Positions 55,828 through 63,877 of a DNA stretch of 64,000 bases are shown here, piece after piece (within the stretch, counting starts at the first letter, position 1; each line of letters begins with the position of its first letter). This DNA is from a virus: the IMG/VR virus record IMGVR_UViG_3300043449_001732, positions 19,982 to 83,981 of that record; one strand, 5' to 3'. Below the pieces are notes generated by a model. The model searched no databases, was not told the origin of the DNA, and saw only the letters and a list, made by a program, of their open reading frames with translations. The position numbers were made by a program, and so were the translations under genes.

Positions 55828-56175
55828 TTAGGCACCGGCAGCGTCCAGTGGTGAAAGTTGTTCGGGAATTGAAACTGACTCAAGGATTTCGTTGTTTGGA
55901 TCAAGGGCAGACCAGATAACATGCATCCTGGTGTCAATTGCGCTGTCGTGTGTACTAACAATGACAGACATTCTGTAACGCGGCGTGTTCTTCCTGATGA
56001 ACTTAAGAGTTTCATCGCTTTGTTCCAGTAAGGGCTGGGTCAAAGCGGCTTGGGCGCGGGTCATTGCATCCGAGCAATACCCCTCCTTTAACTCCCAGGA
56101 TCTGTAATGGCAACAAAGCTCTTGTAACAATTCAGCGCACAACGCTCGCCAGTCAACGGGGGAGAGGTCAGTCAT
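55828..56175 (-). CDS. Family B/C hybrid (MTDLSP + WRALCAEL)
   Basis: ATGACTGA junction start. Confidence 0.6.
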   Translation of the reverse strand: MTDLSPVDWRALCAELLQELCCHYRSWELKEGYCSDAMTRAQAALTQPLLEQSDETLKFIRKNTPRYRMSVIVSTHDSAIDTRMHVIWSALDPNNEILESVSIPEQLSPLDAAGA

Positions 56176-56512
56176 CAAGTTGCTCCAGGGCGCGGCGGAT
56201 GATGTGTTGGTCATTGGCAGTAGGAAATTGATCCATGCGGTCTAGTGCCTCCAGTGCCTGCTCCTTCAAGCTTGGCGGCTTGGGGCGCATTGCTTCTTTT
56301 AACGCTTCACCCAATGGAATAATCTTTAGATGCACGTCATTCAATGCATTGTGATCTAGCCATTCTGCATCTTCCGCAAGTTGTTGATCAGCACCCCATT
56401 GGGCAGCGCGTGTTGCAATATGAAACTCATAAAGCCAATCACGTTCGTCATAACTCTTTTCAGAAGCCCATTGCTCCATGAGTTCACGAGGTGGGGTAAT
56501 AGAGTCAGTCAT
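56168..56512 (-). CDS. Paralog family A
   Basis: ITPPRELMEQW...AAQWGADQ...RPKPPSLKEQAL...IRRALEQLDD. Confidence 0.75.
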   Translation of the reverse strand: MTDSITPPRELMEQWASEKSYDERDWLYEFHIATRAAQWGADQQLAEDAEWLDHNALNDVHLKIIPLGEALKEAMRPKPPSLKEQALEALDRMDQFPTANDQHIIRRALEQLDD

Positions 56513-56687
56513 TAAGCAATCCTCCGTCAACAAGAATATCGCACCATTCTTTGAATGGCGCTTCAATTTGAGCCATAGTTTTGTTGTCAACAGTTTCTGG
56601 TTTACGAATCATGGCAATAGCTAGACCAAGAGCATTGCCAAGGCGGTTCTCAAGGTTGTTAAGTGGCACAAACTTGTAGTCAGTCAT
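56505..56687 (-). CDS. Hypothetical protein (MTDYK start)
   Basis: Coupled at both ends. Confidence 0.6.
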   Translation of the reverse strand: MTDYKFVPLNNLENRLGNALGLAIAMIRKPETVDNKTMAQIEAPFKEWCDILVDGGLLND

Positions 56688-57178
56688 TACTCAATCTCCT
56701 GTTCAAAAGCAAAAACAAGTGCTGGCGGAAAGTAAACATCGGGATTGCTGGTCATCCACGATGCCACCTCGCGGATTGCGGCGCGGGCCATGGAACCTTG
56801 TTCCTTGATGCTTTCCATTAGAGCGCCTTCGACCCGTTCTACCAGCGAACTCCCAATTTGGGAGGAATTAAGAGATGGCTTGGAGCTAGGTCGTAGCAAT
56901 GCGTTCAACTCCTCCTGTTGTTTTGCTGTGAGTTTTAGCGGTTTACTGATTTCGTAAACCTTTGAGGCTTGGCGTTCAGCAGCTTCCAATGACTCGACTC
57001 GGCTTGCCAAAGCCAAAATGTTGGCGCTGGTTTCAACGATGTGTTTGTGAGCAGCATTCTCTAGTGTTTCAATCCTGGCGCGGAGTTCAAGAATTGCAGA
57101 GCAATCAGAGCTGCCAACTACATCGGCGCATTTCTGAACTTGATTCCATTGATCAGACGTTGCTTTGTAATCAGTCAT
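56687..57178 (-). CDS. Hypothetical coiled-coil protein (MTDYK start)
   Basis: ILELRARIETLE / ILALASRVESLE internal repeat. Confidence 0.65.
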   Translation of the reverse strand: MTDYKATSDQWNQVQKCADVVGSSDCSAILELRARIETLENAAHKHIVETSANILALASRVESLEAAERQASKVYEISKPLKLTAKQQEELNALLRPSSKPSLNSSQIGSSLVERVEGALMESIKEQGSMARAAIREVASWMTSNPDVYFPPALVFAFEQEIE

Positions 57179-57515
57179 TGAGAGCCTCCAGGGCGCGGCG
57201 GATAATTTTTACTTGGTCCACGTCAAACACAATAAGTTCTTTAGCGTCTTCAGGTTCTTCTTCAAGAACTGCCAGCGCCTGCTCCTTCAAGCTCGGCGGC
57301 TTGGGGCGGCGGTAATTATAAAACTCAATTACATCTTCTTCTTCCCACGCAGCGCACTGCTTGAGGTAATTTCCACAAGCTAGTAACTCTTGGTCGGCAC
57401 CGTATCGGGCGGCTTCAATCAACAGTTCATTGATTCCTTTGTTGTAATCATCATGCTGCTCAAACCAAAGCTGCAATAGCTCTGACGGTGGAGTAATGGG
57501 ATGTTGGTCAGTCAT
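57171..57515 (-). CDS. Paralog family A
   Basis: Conserved family blocks. Confidence 0.75.
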   Translation of the reverse strand: MTDQHPITPPSELLQLWFEQHDDYNKGINELLIEAARYGADQELLACGNYLKQCAAWEEEDVIEFYNYRRPKPPSLKEQALAVLEEEPEDAKELIVFDVDQVKIIRRALEALND

Positions 57516-57858
57516 CGAGTTGCTCCAGTGCGCGGCGGATGATGTCAACTTCGTTGGATGTCAAGGAAGCACCAGGACCAGTGTCGCCATCCTCCAGTGC
57601 CTCCAGCGCCTGCTCCTTCAAGCTCGGCGGCTTGGGTAATGGGCGGCGGGCGGCGCGGATGTAGCGAGCAAAGTCATAAGCATCCTCACCTGCGTCAATC
57701 TCAACCAGCCTTAGGCACGCCTCCAGCTCCTGGTCGGCGCCCCATTGGGCGGCTTGGGTGGCAATGTGGCACTCGTAAGCATTGTTGATGGCAGCGTCTG
57801 CGGGGCCGCTCTCTCGCCACTGCTGCACCAGCTCTGGCGGTGGGGTGATATCAGTCAT
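57508..57858 (-). CDS. Paralog family A
   Basis: Conserved family blocks. Confidence 0.75.
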   Translation of the reverse strand: MTDITPPPELVQQWRESGPADAAINNAYECHIATQAAQWGADQELEACLRLVEIDAGEDAYDFARYIRAARRPLPKPPSLKEQALEALEDGDTGPGASLTSNEVDIIRRALEQLDD

Positions 57859-58207
57859 TGGGCAGAGCCTCCAGGGCGCGGCGAATAATGTCGATTTGAT
57901 CCATGTCAAACACGATGAGTTCTTTAGCATCTTCTGGCTCCGTTTCAAGAGCTGCTAACGCCTGCTCTTTCAAAGTCGGCGGCTTGGAGCGGCGGGCAGC
58001 GCGGAGTTTGTCAGTCTTAATATTGTCCCAGCCTTGTATCAGCCACTCACAACACGCCTCTAGCTCCTGGTCGGCGCCATATTGGGCGGCCATCAAGACG
58101 ACGTGTTCCTCTGCCTCTGAGCTTGTGTACTGCCGGTGGGCGGTTTCTTCCCGCCACTGCTGCACCAGCTCTGGCGGTGGGGTGATGGGATGATTAGTCA
58201 TTGTCAT
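57851..58207 (-). CDS. Paralog family A
   Basis: Conserved family blocks. Confidence 0.75.
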   Translation of the reverse strand: MTMTNHPITPPPELVQQWREETAHRQYTSSEAEEHVVLMAAQYGADQELEACCEWLIQGWDNIKTDKLRAARRSKPPTLKEQALAALETEPEDAKELIVFDMDQIDIIRRALEALPND

Positions 58208-58506
58208 TCTCCAAGTAATGCACAGGTTTGATCCATGAGTTGAGGGAATACTTCAACAGGACAGATGCGACATTGCGCATGTTCTGTTGGTGTCTTGAGG
58301 TGATCCCATTGAACACGCAACATCTTCATGGTGCGCTTACTCTTCAATTGCTTGGTAACCACCTCAACCACAGTGCCGTATCGCTGGTTGCGGTACTGAG
58401 CAATACGATCCTTAACCTCTTGCCTGATTGCAATCAAGCCATGGGTCTTGGGTCGTTCGGCAACACGGTCGCCAACTTGATAGGTGAATTGAGCTTTGGT
58501 TGTCAT
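58204..58506 (-). CDS. Hypothetical protein, SH3-like pattern
   Basis: YQVGDRV...YGTVVEV...LRVQWD. Confidence 0.55.
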   Translation of the reverse strand: MTTKAQFTYQVGDRVAERPKTHGLIAIRQEVKDRIAQYRNQRYGTVVEVVTKQLKSKRTMKMLRVQWDHLKTPTEHAQCRICPVEVFPQLMDQTCALLGE

Positions 58507-58844
58507 CAGATGTGAGTCCAAACTTTGCGGTTGACGATACGTGAGACATGCCCACGGTTGATGCCGTAGATAACAGAGATTGCAAAATTAGTTTTGCCCT
58601 CCTGTTTCAATTTACGAATGTCCAAGATGTTCTGCTCGGTCAACACAGAGAATCCATTCCTGGATCCTTGTGTATCCGCAAGCTTACCGCCTTTCTTGGG
58701 ACCACGGCGGTAATGTTCATAACGCTCAATGGTACGAAACTTAAAACCGCAGTCAAGACAGCGGCAGTAACGTTTGCTAAATGTTTCGCTGTGATCAGTG
58801 CAAGTAACACGTGTGTTCTTGCTGTTGCATGATTCACATTTCAT
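58506..58844 (-). CDS. NrdR-like Zn ribbon fused to an HTH
   Basis: MKCESC...TRV...RYCRCLDCGFKFRTIER + LTEQNILDIR...YGINRGHVSRIV. Confidence 0.7.
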   Translation of the reverse strand: MKCESCNSKNTRVTCTDHSETFSKRYCRCLDCGFKFRTIERYEHYRRGPKKGGKLADTQGSRNGFSVLTEQNILDIRKLKQEGKTNFAISVIYGINRGHVSRIVNRKVWTHI

Positions 58845-59182
58845 TGTGGATCAATAGAACAAGGTGCATTGTCTTGTGGTTCAGCAACCTTATCTAATTG
58901 CAATGCATCAAGAATATACAGAGTGGTTTCATCACCCAGTATCTTGAATGCATCGATAATCAAATCACGGTTGCGTTCAGTTGGGTTGTAGTAATCCAAT
59001 AGGATTTCTTCTGCTCGATCAAAGTTGTCATAGTCACCAGTGAGTTGTTCAACCACTGCACCAGGCATCGCATCCACTAGGTTTGCTACCAGTGAGTCAC
59101 GCACTGCAGCCCATGTCCAACTTGGGACACGGGAGACTACTTCATCAACGAGATCAAGATTAATGAGATTAGGTTGTGTCAT
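58841..59182 (-). CDS. Hypothetical protein
   Basis: MTQPNLI... ORF. Confidence 0.55.
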   Translation of the reverse strand: MTQPNLINLDLVDEVVSRVPSWTWAAVRDSLVANLVDAMPGAVVEQLTGDYDNFDRAEEILLDYYNPTERNRDLIIDAFKILGDETTLYILDALQLDKVAEPQDNAPCSIDPQ

Positions 59183-59230
59183 AGAGAAAGACCCCGACTT
59201 GCGCCGGGGTCCGAACATTCCGCATGAATA

Positions 59231-59593
59231 CTAGACGGGTTCAGCGCTGGTGTCTAGTGCATCACCCATTACACCAGAGGATCTTAATTTTTCCAGCATG
59301 TCGCACATGATAGTGGCATGAGCATGGGTCTGATCCATGAAGTGCTTGGCACGTTCTGCGCTGATGGTGTGGATGTTCCCATTGGGCTCCACATATTTCC
59401 AGCTCCCATCAGGCTGAGGATCCCCCTGGAGAGCCAGCCGCTCTGAGTTGTGTACGTAGCGAAGCTCTAGGTTATGGAAGTCTTGCAGGCCATCCTGAGC
59501 GGTCCAGGTAGCACCAATGTTGTAACGCTTGTCATGATCTGAGTACGCATGGAACTCAGGAACGATGTGCTTGAAACAGGCAAAAATGTTCAT
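59231..59593 (-). CDS. Hypothetical protein
   Basis: ATG directly after tRNA; followed by hairpin ~59190-59212. Confidence 0.6.
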   Translation of the reverse strand: MNIFACFKHIVPEFHAYSDHDKRYNIGATWTAQDGLQDFHNLELRYVHNSERLALQGDPQPDGSWKYVEPNGNIHTISAERAKHFMDQTHAHATIMCDMLEKLRSSGVMGDALDTSAEPV

Positions 59594-59616
59594 TGTGTTT
59601 GAGTTGAATGAAAGGT

Positions 59617-59692
59617 TGGTACCCGAGGTGAGATTCGAACTCACGCTGTAGCGATTTTAAGTCGCTTGCCTCTTCCGCTGGGCTACTCGGGC
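59617..59692 (-). tRNA. trnL: tRNA-Leu(UAA), short variable loop, encoded CCA
   Basis: GCCCGAG TA GCCCAGCGGAAGAGGC A AGCGA CTTAAAA TCGCT ACAGC GTGAG TTCGAAT CTCAC CTCGGGT A CCA. Confidence 0.92.
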
Positions 59693-59901
59693 TCACTTGG
59701 ACTTACATCAATTGATGTTGACTGCCAAGTGTGGTCTCGTGGTAATACCTCTAAACCGTATTGCCAACTGTCGTAGTCATCTTCATTACGAGGATCCTGC
59801 TCATCAATCAATACATAATCAGGTGTGCCATGAGTATGTATGTACTCACCAATGTTGGCAAGTGCTTGTGCCAGGAGTTGGTCGTCGGTGTACTCAGTCA
59901 T
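59683..59901 (-). CDS. Hypothetical acidic protein
   Basis: 72 aa; stop lies inside tRNA 5' end. Confidence 0.55.
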   Translation of the reverse strand: MTEYTDDQLLAQALANIGEYIHTHGTPDYVLIDEQDPRNEDDYDSWQYGLEVLPRDHTWQSTSIDVSPSEPE

Positions 59902-59952
59902 AGGTGAATGCCAGCCCTAGTATCGAGGCTAAGGCCGGCAAGCCTGTGCGGG

Positions 59953-61695
59953 CTAGACAGACTCTAGCGCATCTGCTTGAAGTTTCAACGCTTTGCCAAA
60001 GGCTTCTGTGTAGGAATCCTTTTGCTCTTGCGTCAACCGCTGGTTGGATGTACCAACGATCTGGCTAACACTCATCATGCCCATCTCAACTTTGAGTTGG
60101 ACAGTGAACTGAGGTTTGCCGTCAACCATACAGAGCACAATGAAATGTTTCTTCTTGCGTACACCAGTGGCATACTCACTGGCATTGCCGACGCAATTAC
60201 GTACGGCCTGGCCCCATGCTGACAGTTGATGTGTGTCATGAGGCTGGAAGAATGACCAACGTTCATCACCCACTTCAACCTTTATAGGTGAGGGGAATAG
60301 ATCCTGAGGCAGGCTAGCGTTTGGATGCTTGATCTTCCATGCTTCTGCTTGCACATGATCATGGAACTCAGTCAGGCGCCAACGCTTTGGCGGATCAATG
60401 GTCATGTCATTGTTAAGCACATCATCAAGCATTGATAGTGTGTCATTCCATTCAGTTAAATAGAATGTAAGCTTGCCTGTCTCAGTGCTTGTGTAGTAAG
60501 ACAAGCTATTGGGTTTGTCATTGATCTGATCTTCGTAGTTTTTCTTGAGGATATGAAAGAAGGAAGCTGGTTGCATATGTGTGCGCAACCAGGTCTTTGC
60601 CTTTTCACCTACGCAACGATCAAGGCGTGTGCCAATTAGATATTCAATATGGTTCTGATAGAAATCAACAGGGCAGTCCGGCCAAATATTATTAACGTAA
60701 TCAATAGCCTGCACTAGTTTTTCAATACGATTCCAAGGTTGAGTTATCTTACGGAATAGATTATTCTCAGGATTATTAAACATTGCAATAGCTTCATCAC
60801 ATTGCGATTGAATCCACTTGCGGAAGAATGGTGTACCAACTATATGTAATACGCGATCAATAATGCAATATACCTGGCTGTGATAATCATTATGATTCTT
60901 CTTATATACATCAGCTAATGCATAAAACAAATCTGCAGATGGAACCAAGTCACGTTTAGCTTGCTCTGGATCAGCAAAAGTATTCCAATACTTACTGCGA
61001 TCTTTTAATCCAAGAATCGCAGCCCAGTTATTGGTAACAATGCGATCAAAGAATCCACGTGCGTCATCCCATTTAGGAATGGTTTGACCAAGTGCAGATT
61101 CAAATGCTGATATAGCTGTCCTGATGTTACAGCCTTTGCCATATGATACGTAACAAGGGCACCACCAATGGGTTGTATTGCCGTTAGCAATATCTTCCTT
61201 GGTTAAGTTCTGACGTACAACGCAGAACTCACTGCGTCCGTACTTAACATATTCAACTGAAACTTTACTGTTGTTTTGAAGCAAGGTACTTGGAAGAGAC
61301 TTGCGTACCGATTCAAGATTCTTGTATGCATATGCGTAGCCATATACATAATCATTCTCTTGTCCTTTGGGTGGCAGCCATGCTGCATACCACACCTTCT
61401 CGTAGTGATAAATGATGGCACGAGTAATGGTGCGTGCTCTTGGCGTAGCAACATCTACCACCTTGGTAAACTGAGCATGGCGATGTTCTACACCCCTGGC
61501 ATTGAGATCAGTTACTACTTCCTCAAGCTTTGTAGGTGTAACAACATCAGCAGGTATCAGATCAAAGACTGCGCCAAGTGGAAACTTAGCTTTAGCCTTG
61601 GTTGACGTAGGATTCTGCTCACGTTGTAGCTGCTTGAGCTTGGGATCGTAAGCCAGGAGTTCTGTTTGAAGGTTCGAAGGTAATTGAAACTGCAT
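59953..61695 (-). CDS. PcfJ-like domain protein
   Basis: C-terminal HD...P....LSAWGQAVRNCVG..Y...IVGTSNQ. Confidence 0.75.
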   Translation of the reverse strand: MQFQLPSNLQTELLAYDPKLKQLQREQNPTSTKAKAKFPLGAVFDLIPADVVTPTKLEEVVTDLNARGVEHRHAQFTKVVDVATPRARTITRAIIYHYEKVWYAAWLPPKGQENDYVYGYAYAYKNLESVRKSLPSTLLQNNSKVSVEYVKYGRSEFCVVRQNLTKEDIANGNTTHWWCPCYVSYGKGCNIRTAISAFESALGQTIPKWDDARGFFDRIVTNNWAAILGLKDRSKYWNTFADPEQAKRDLVPSADLFYALADVYKKNHNDYHSQVYCIIDRVLHIVGTPFFRKWIQSQCDEAIAMFNNPENNLFRKITQPWNRIEKLVQAIDYVNNIWPDCPVDFYQNHIEYLIGTRLDRCVGEKAKTWLRTHMQPASFFHILKKNYEDQINDKPNSLSYYTSTETGKLTFYLTEWNDTLSMLDDVLNNDMTIDPPKRWRLTEFHDHVQAEAWKIKHPNASLPQDLFPSPIKVEVGDERWSFFQPHDTHQLSAWGQAVRNCVGNASEYATGVRKKKHFIVLCMVDGKPQFTVQLKVEMGMMSVSQIVGTSNQRLTQEQKDSYTEAFGKALKLQADALESV

Positions 61696-61724
61696 GGTGA
61701 GTTCGGAGTAGGTTCGGAGTAAGT

Positions 61725-61751
61725 GGACAGTTTAGCGTCATGTCCAGGACG
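61725..61751 (-). promoter_or_regulatory. 27-nt pseudoknot leader motif, copy 5
   Basis: CGTC-CTGGACAT-GACG-CTAAAC-TGTCC. Confidence 0.75.
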
Positions 61752-61758
61752 TATGGTG

Positions 61759-62007
61759 TCAGTCGTTATCTACTGGGAGTAGTTCCCAGTCAGGGTTGAG
61801 CAGAGCAAGATAATCGCAGAAGCCATCTTCGTCAAGAGGGATTTGTTCTCCCTCATCCAGTTCGAAGCTTGTTCTGCATAGTGCAGGAGCGTACTCATCA
61901 GGGTCGAGGTAAGTCGACTTACGAATGAGACGCATTTCGTCAACCACTGCTGTAACTGTAACATCGTTGCCGTCAATGAATGTTTCTTCGATTGCTAGGA
62001 CTTGCAT
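61759..62007 (-). CDS. Hypothetical acidic protein
   Basis: 82-aa ATG ORF. Confidence 0.6.
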   Translation of the reverse strand: MQVLAIEETFIDGNDVTVTAVVDEMRLIRKSTYLDPDEYAPALCRTSFELDEGEQIPLDEDGFCDYLALLNPDWELLPVDND

Positions 62008-62010
62008 GGG

Positions 62011-62208
62011 TTATACCTGTGTGAGTTGCTTGGCTTGGGCAAACTGACCTTGAGGTCCATACTTCTGGACAAGGTCAGGGAATGCATCAAGCAAACGCTG
62101 CCGATTCTTTGGATCAGCAAAGCGTAGTGCTTGTGCAATTGAGGATACGAATGATCCGCCATAGCTGTCCATGCGGGCAATCATGGCGTGGAGTTCGGTT
62201 GAGTTCAT
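62011..62208 (-). CDS. Small phage early protein
   Basis: M..YGGSFVSSIAQA...AD..NRQRLLDAFP motif. Confidence 0.65.
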   Translation of the reverse strand: MNSTELHAMIARMDSYGGSFVSSIAQALRFADPKNRQRLLDAFPDLVQKYGPQGQFAQAKQLTQV

Positions 62209-62229
62209 GAGATGAGGTTGAGTTGGACT

Positions 62230-62256
62230 GGATGAGTTTAAGGACATCCCAGGTCC
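62230..62256 (-). promoter_or_regulatory. 27-nt pseudoknot leader motif, copy 6
   Basis: GGAC-CTGGGAT-GTCC-TTAAACTC-ATCC. Confidence 0.7.
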
Positions 62257-62261
62257 TTGGA

Positions 62262-62459
62262 TCAGAGCAAACGTATGTTTCGTTTGCTCAAGCCTGTGCC
62301 AGGCAATGAGATAGATCCACGTACACCAGATTCTCTGGCGTTAAGTGTTACCTGGAACGGACCAAGTTGAATTGATTTGGTGAATGATTTAATGCCCCGT
62401 TCCGTCACATTAAACCCAGCGATTGTCTTATCAAAGTTGATGGGTGATTTGTCAATCAT
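62262..62459 (-). CDS. DUF4236-like small protein
   Basis: FTKSIQLGPFQVTLN..SG...SISLPGTGLS. Confidence 0.6.
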   Translation of the reverse strand: MIDKSPINFDKTIAGFNVTERGIKSFTKSIQLGPFQVTLNARESGVRGSISLPGTGLSKRNIRLL

Positions 62460-62796
62460 TAGGCAGAGCCTGCAGGGCACGGCGGATGAGATTAACTTGA
62501 TCTGTGTCAAACACAATAAGTTCTTTAGCGTCTTCAGGTTCTTCTTCAAGTACTGCTAACGCCTGTTCCTTCAGGCTAAGAGGCCTGGGGCGACGGTTAG
62601 TACGAAGATTTACAAGACATGCGCCAGATGGTCCATGCCATTGGTGTGCTACAAGCCACTCACAACAGGCTTCTAGCTCTTGATCGGCGCCCCATTGAGC
62701 GGCGCGTATCATGTCTGTGAAGTAATCTGTTTTATCGTCATACCATTCTTGCAGTAACTCTGGATCTGGAACGACAGGATGTTGTCGGTTAGTCAT
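62452..62796 (-). CDS. Paralog family A
   Basis: AAQWGADQELEACCEWL...RRPRPLSLKEQAL...IRRALQALPND. Confidence 0.75.
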   Translation of the reverse strand: MTNRQHPVVPDPELLQEWYDDKTDYFTDMIRAAQWGADQELEACCEWLVAHQWHGPSGACLVNLRTNRRPRPLSLKEQALAVLEEEPEDAKELIVFDTDQVNLIRRALQALPND

Positions 62797-63091
62797 CGTA
62801 AGAATCTGCGTGATGGAGTACAAACTTCAAGTCAAAATACTCAGAAGTATCTTTGCTTTTGGGATGGTAAGTGGCTACAAATCCACCACTGCCAACTTGT
62901 TTATCAGCAACGGATTCACGTAGTAAGTGACGTGCCATTGCCTTGAGTTTGGCTAGTGTTGGAACTGCATGTCCATTACCTTCTGTTGTTAACCATTGCC
63001 AGTCAAGTGCTGTCATGACAAAGTGCACTCTTTCAAAGTTGAACTTATCAATGATTTCATCAATCATTAATTCGTGTACTGACTTAGTCAT
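62789..63091 (-). CDS. Hypothetical protein
   Basis: FNFERVH.VM..LDW.W motif; coupled. Confidence 0.65.
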   Translation of the reverse strand: MTKSVHELMIDEIIDKFNFERVHFVMTALDWQWLTTEGNGHAVPTLAKLKAMARHLLRESVADKQVGSGGFVATYHPKSKDTSEYFDLKFVLHHADSYDD

Positions 63092-63291
63092 TTGAGGTTG
63101 TCAGGTAGCAGGGCTTGGGAATCTTCATCATTTAAATTTGTCATGATGAATTTCTCTCCATCGGGGGAGATGAATCCCCCAATAAAACCAACCCCATGTT
63201 TATCAGCTGATTCTTTCATCTTGGCTACAAGCTGCATAGCTTGTAGACGCTGAAGATCAATTGAGTCTGGGATGCGAATGCTGTCGGACAT
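63088..63291 (-). CDS. Hypothetical protein
   Basis: 67-aa ATG ORF. Confidence 0.55.
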   Translation of the reverse strand: MSDSIRIPDSIDLQRLQAMQLVAKMKESADKHGVGFIGGFISPDGEKFIMTNLNDEDSQALLPDNLK

Positions 63292-63396
63292 GGTGTGGTG
63301 TCAAGTGGTATCTAAGTGTGGTCACGGCAAGTCTACCAGGTGGCAGCAAGCCATGACCAGTGGTCTTAATGATTCCTTAATGTTTCGGTAGGGCCG

Positions 63397-63684
63397 TTAA
63401 CTATGCAGTTCCTGGTGCTGACGCCATGCAGCAGTGTGCATTTCATCAGCAGTCATAGGTGGTTCACTGCCATAGCCAAGGTCTGCATCTGATGGTTCCC
63501 ATTCAAGTTCATTCTCAAGCATGGGAATGATTTCGTTATCCAGTAGAGCAAGCATGGATGGAGTCAGGTGTTGATCCATTTCATGTCTTCTACTCTCACG
63601 TATGACAATAGCTTGAAGTTCTTCAAGAATATCTGTGAGTTTGTGGTACTCATTAAGTTTGGGTTGACGATAGGTAGGTGTCAT
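63397..63684 (-). CDS. Hypothetical protein
   Basis: 95-aa ATG ORF. Confidence 0.6.
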   Translation of the reverse strand: MTPTYRQPKLNEYHKLTDILEELQAIVIRESRRHEMDQHLTPSMLALLDNEIIPMLENELEWEPSDADLGYGSEPPMTADEMHTAAWRQHQELHS

Positions 63685-63877
63685 GTCTTGGGTTGGTAAG
63701 TTAATGAATGGTGTGTAGCACAGAGGTATTCCCTAATAGATTAAAGGTGCACCTCTGGTACTTCTTGCGGGGGTGCAGGGGGTAGGCCAATAGTTATCTG
63801 GCAATACCCTTGGTACCTACTGTTCGCTATTTGCAAATAGCAAATGTCATCATAACGCTAGTGTTATGTGATGTAGT

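Noticed and set aside
44445-62256. 27-nt motif as a phage promoter or terminator
   Set aside because: Sequence varies with compensatory and G-U pairing; the 4-bp stem has no U tract; no phage RNA polymerase seen
44990-62796. Diversity-generating retroelement explanation for the paralogs
   Set aside because: No reverse transcriptase in the window, and variation is block replacement rather than adenine-specific substitution
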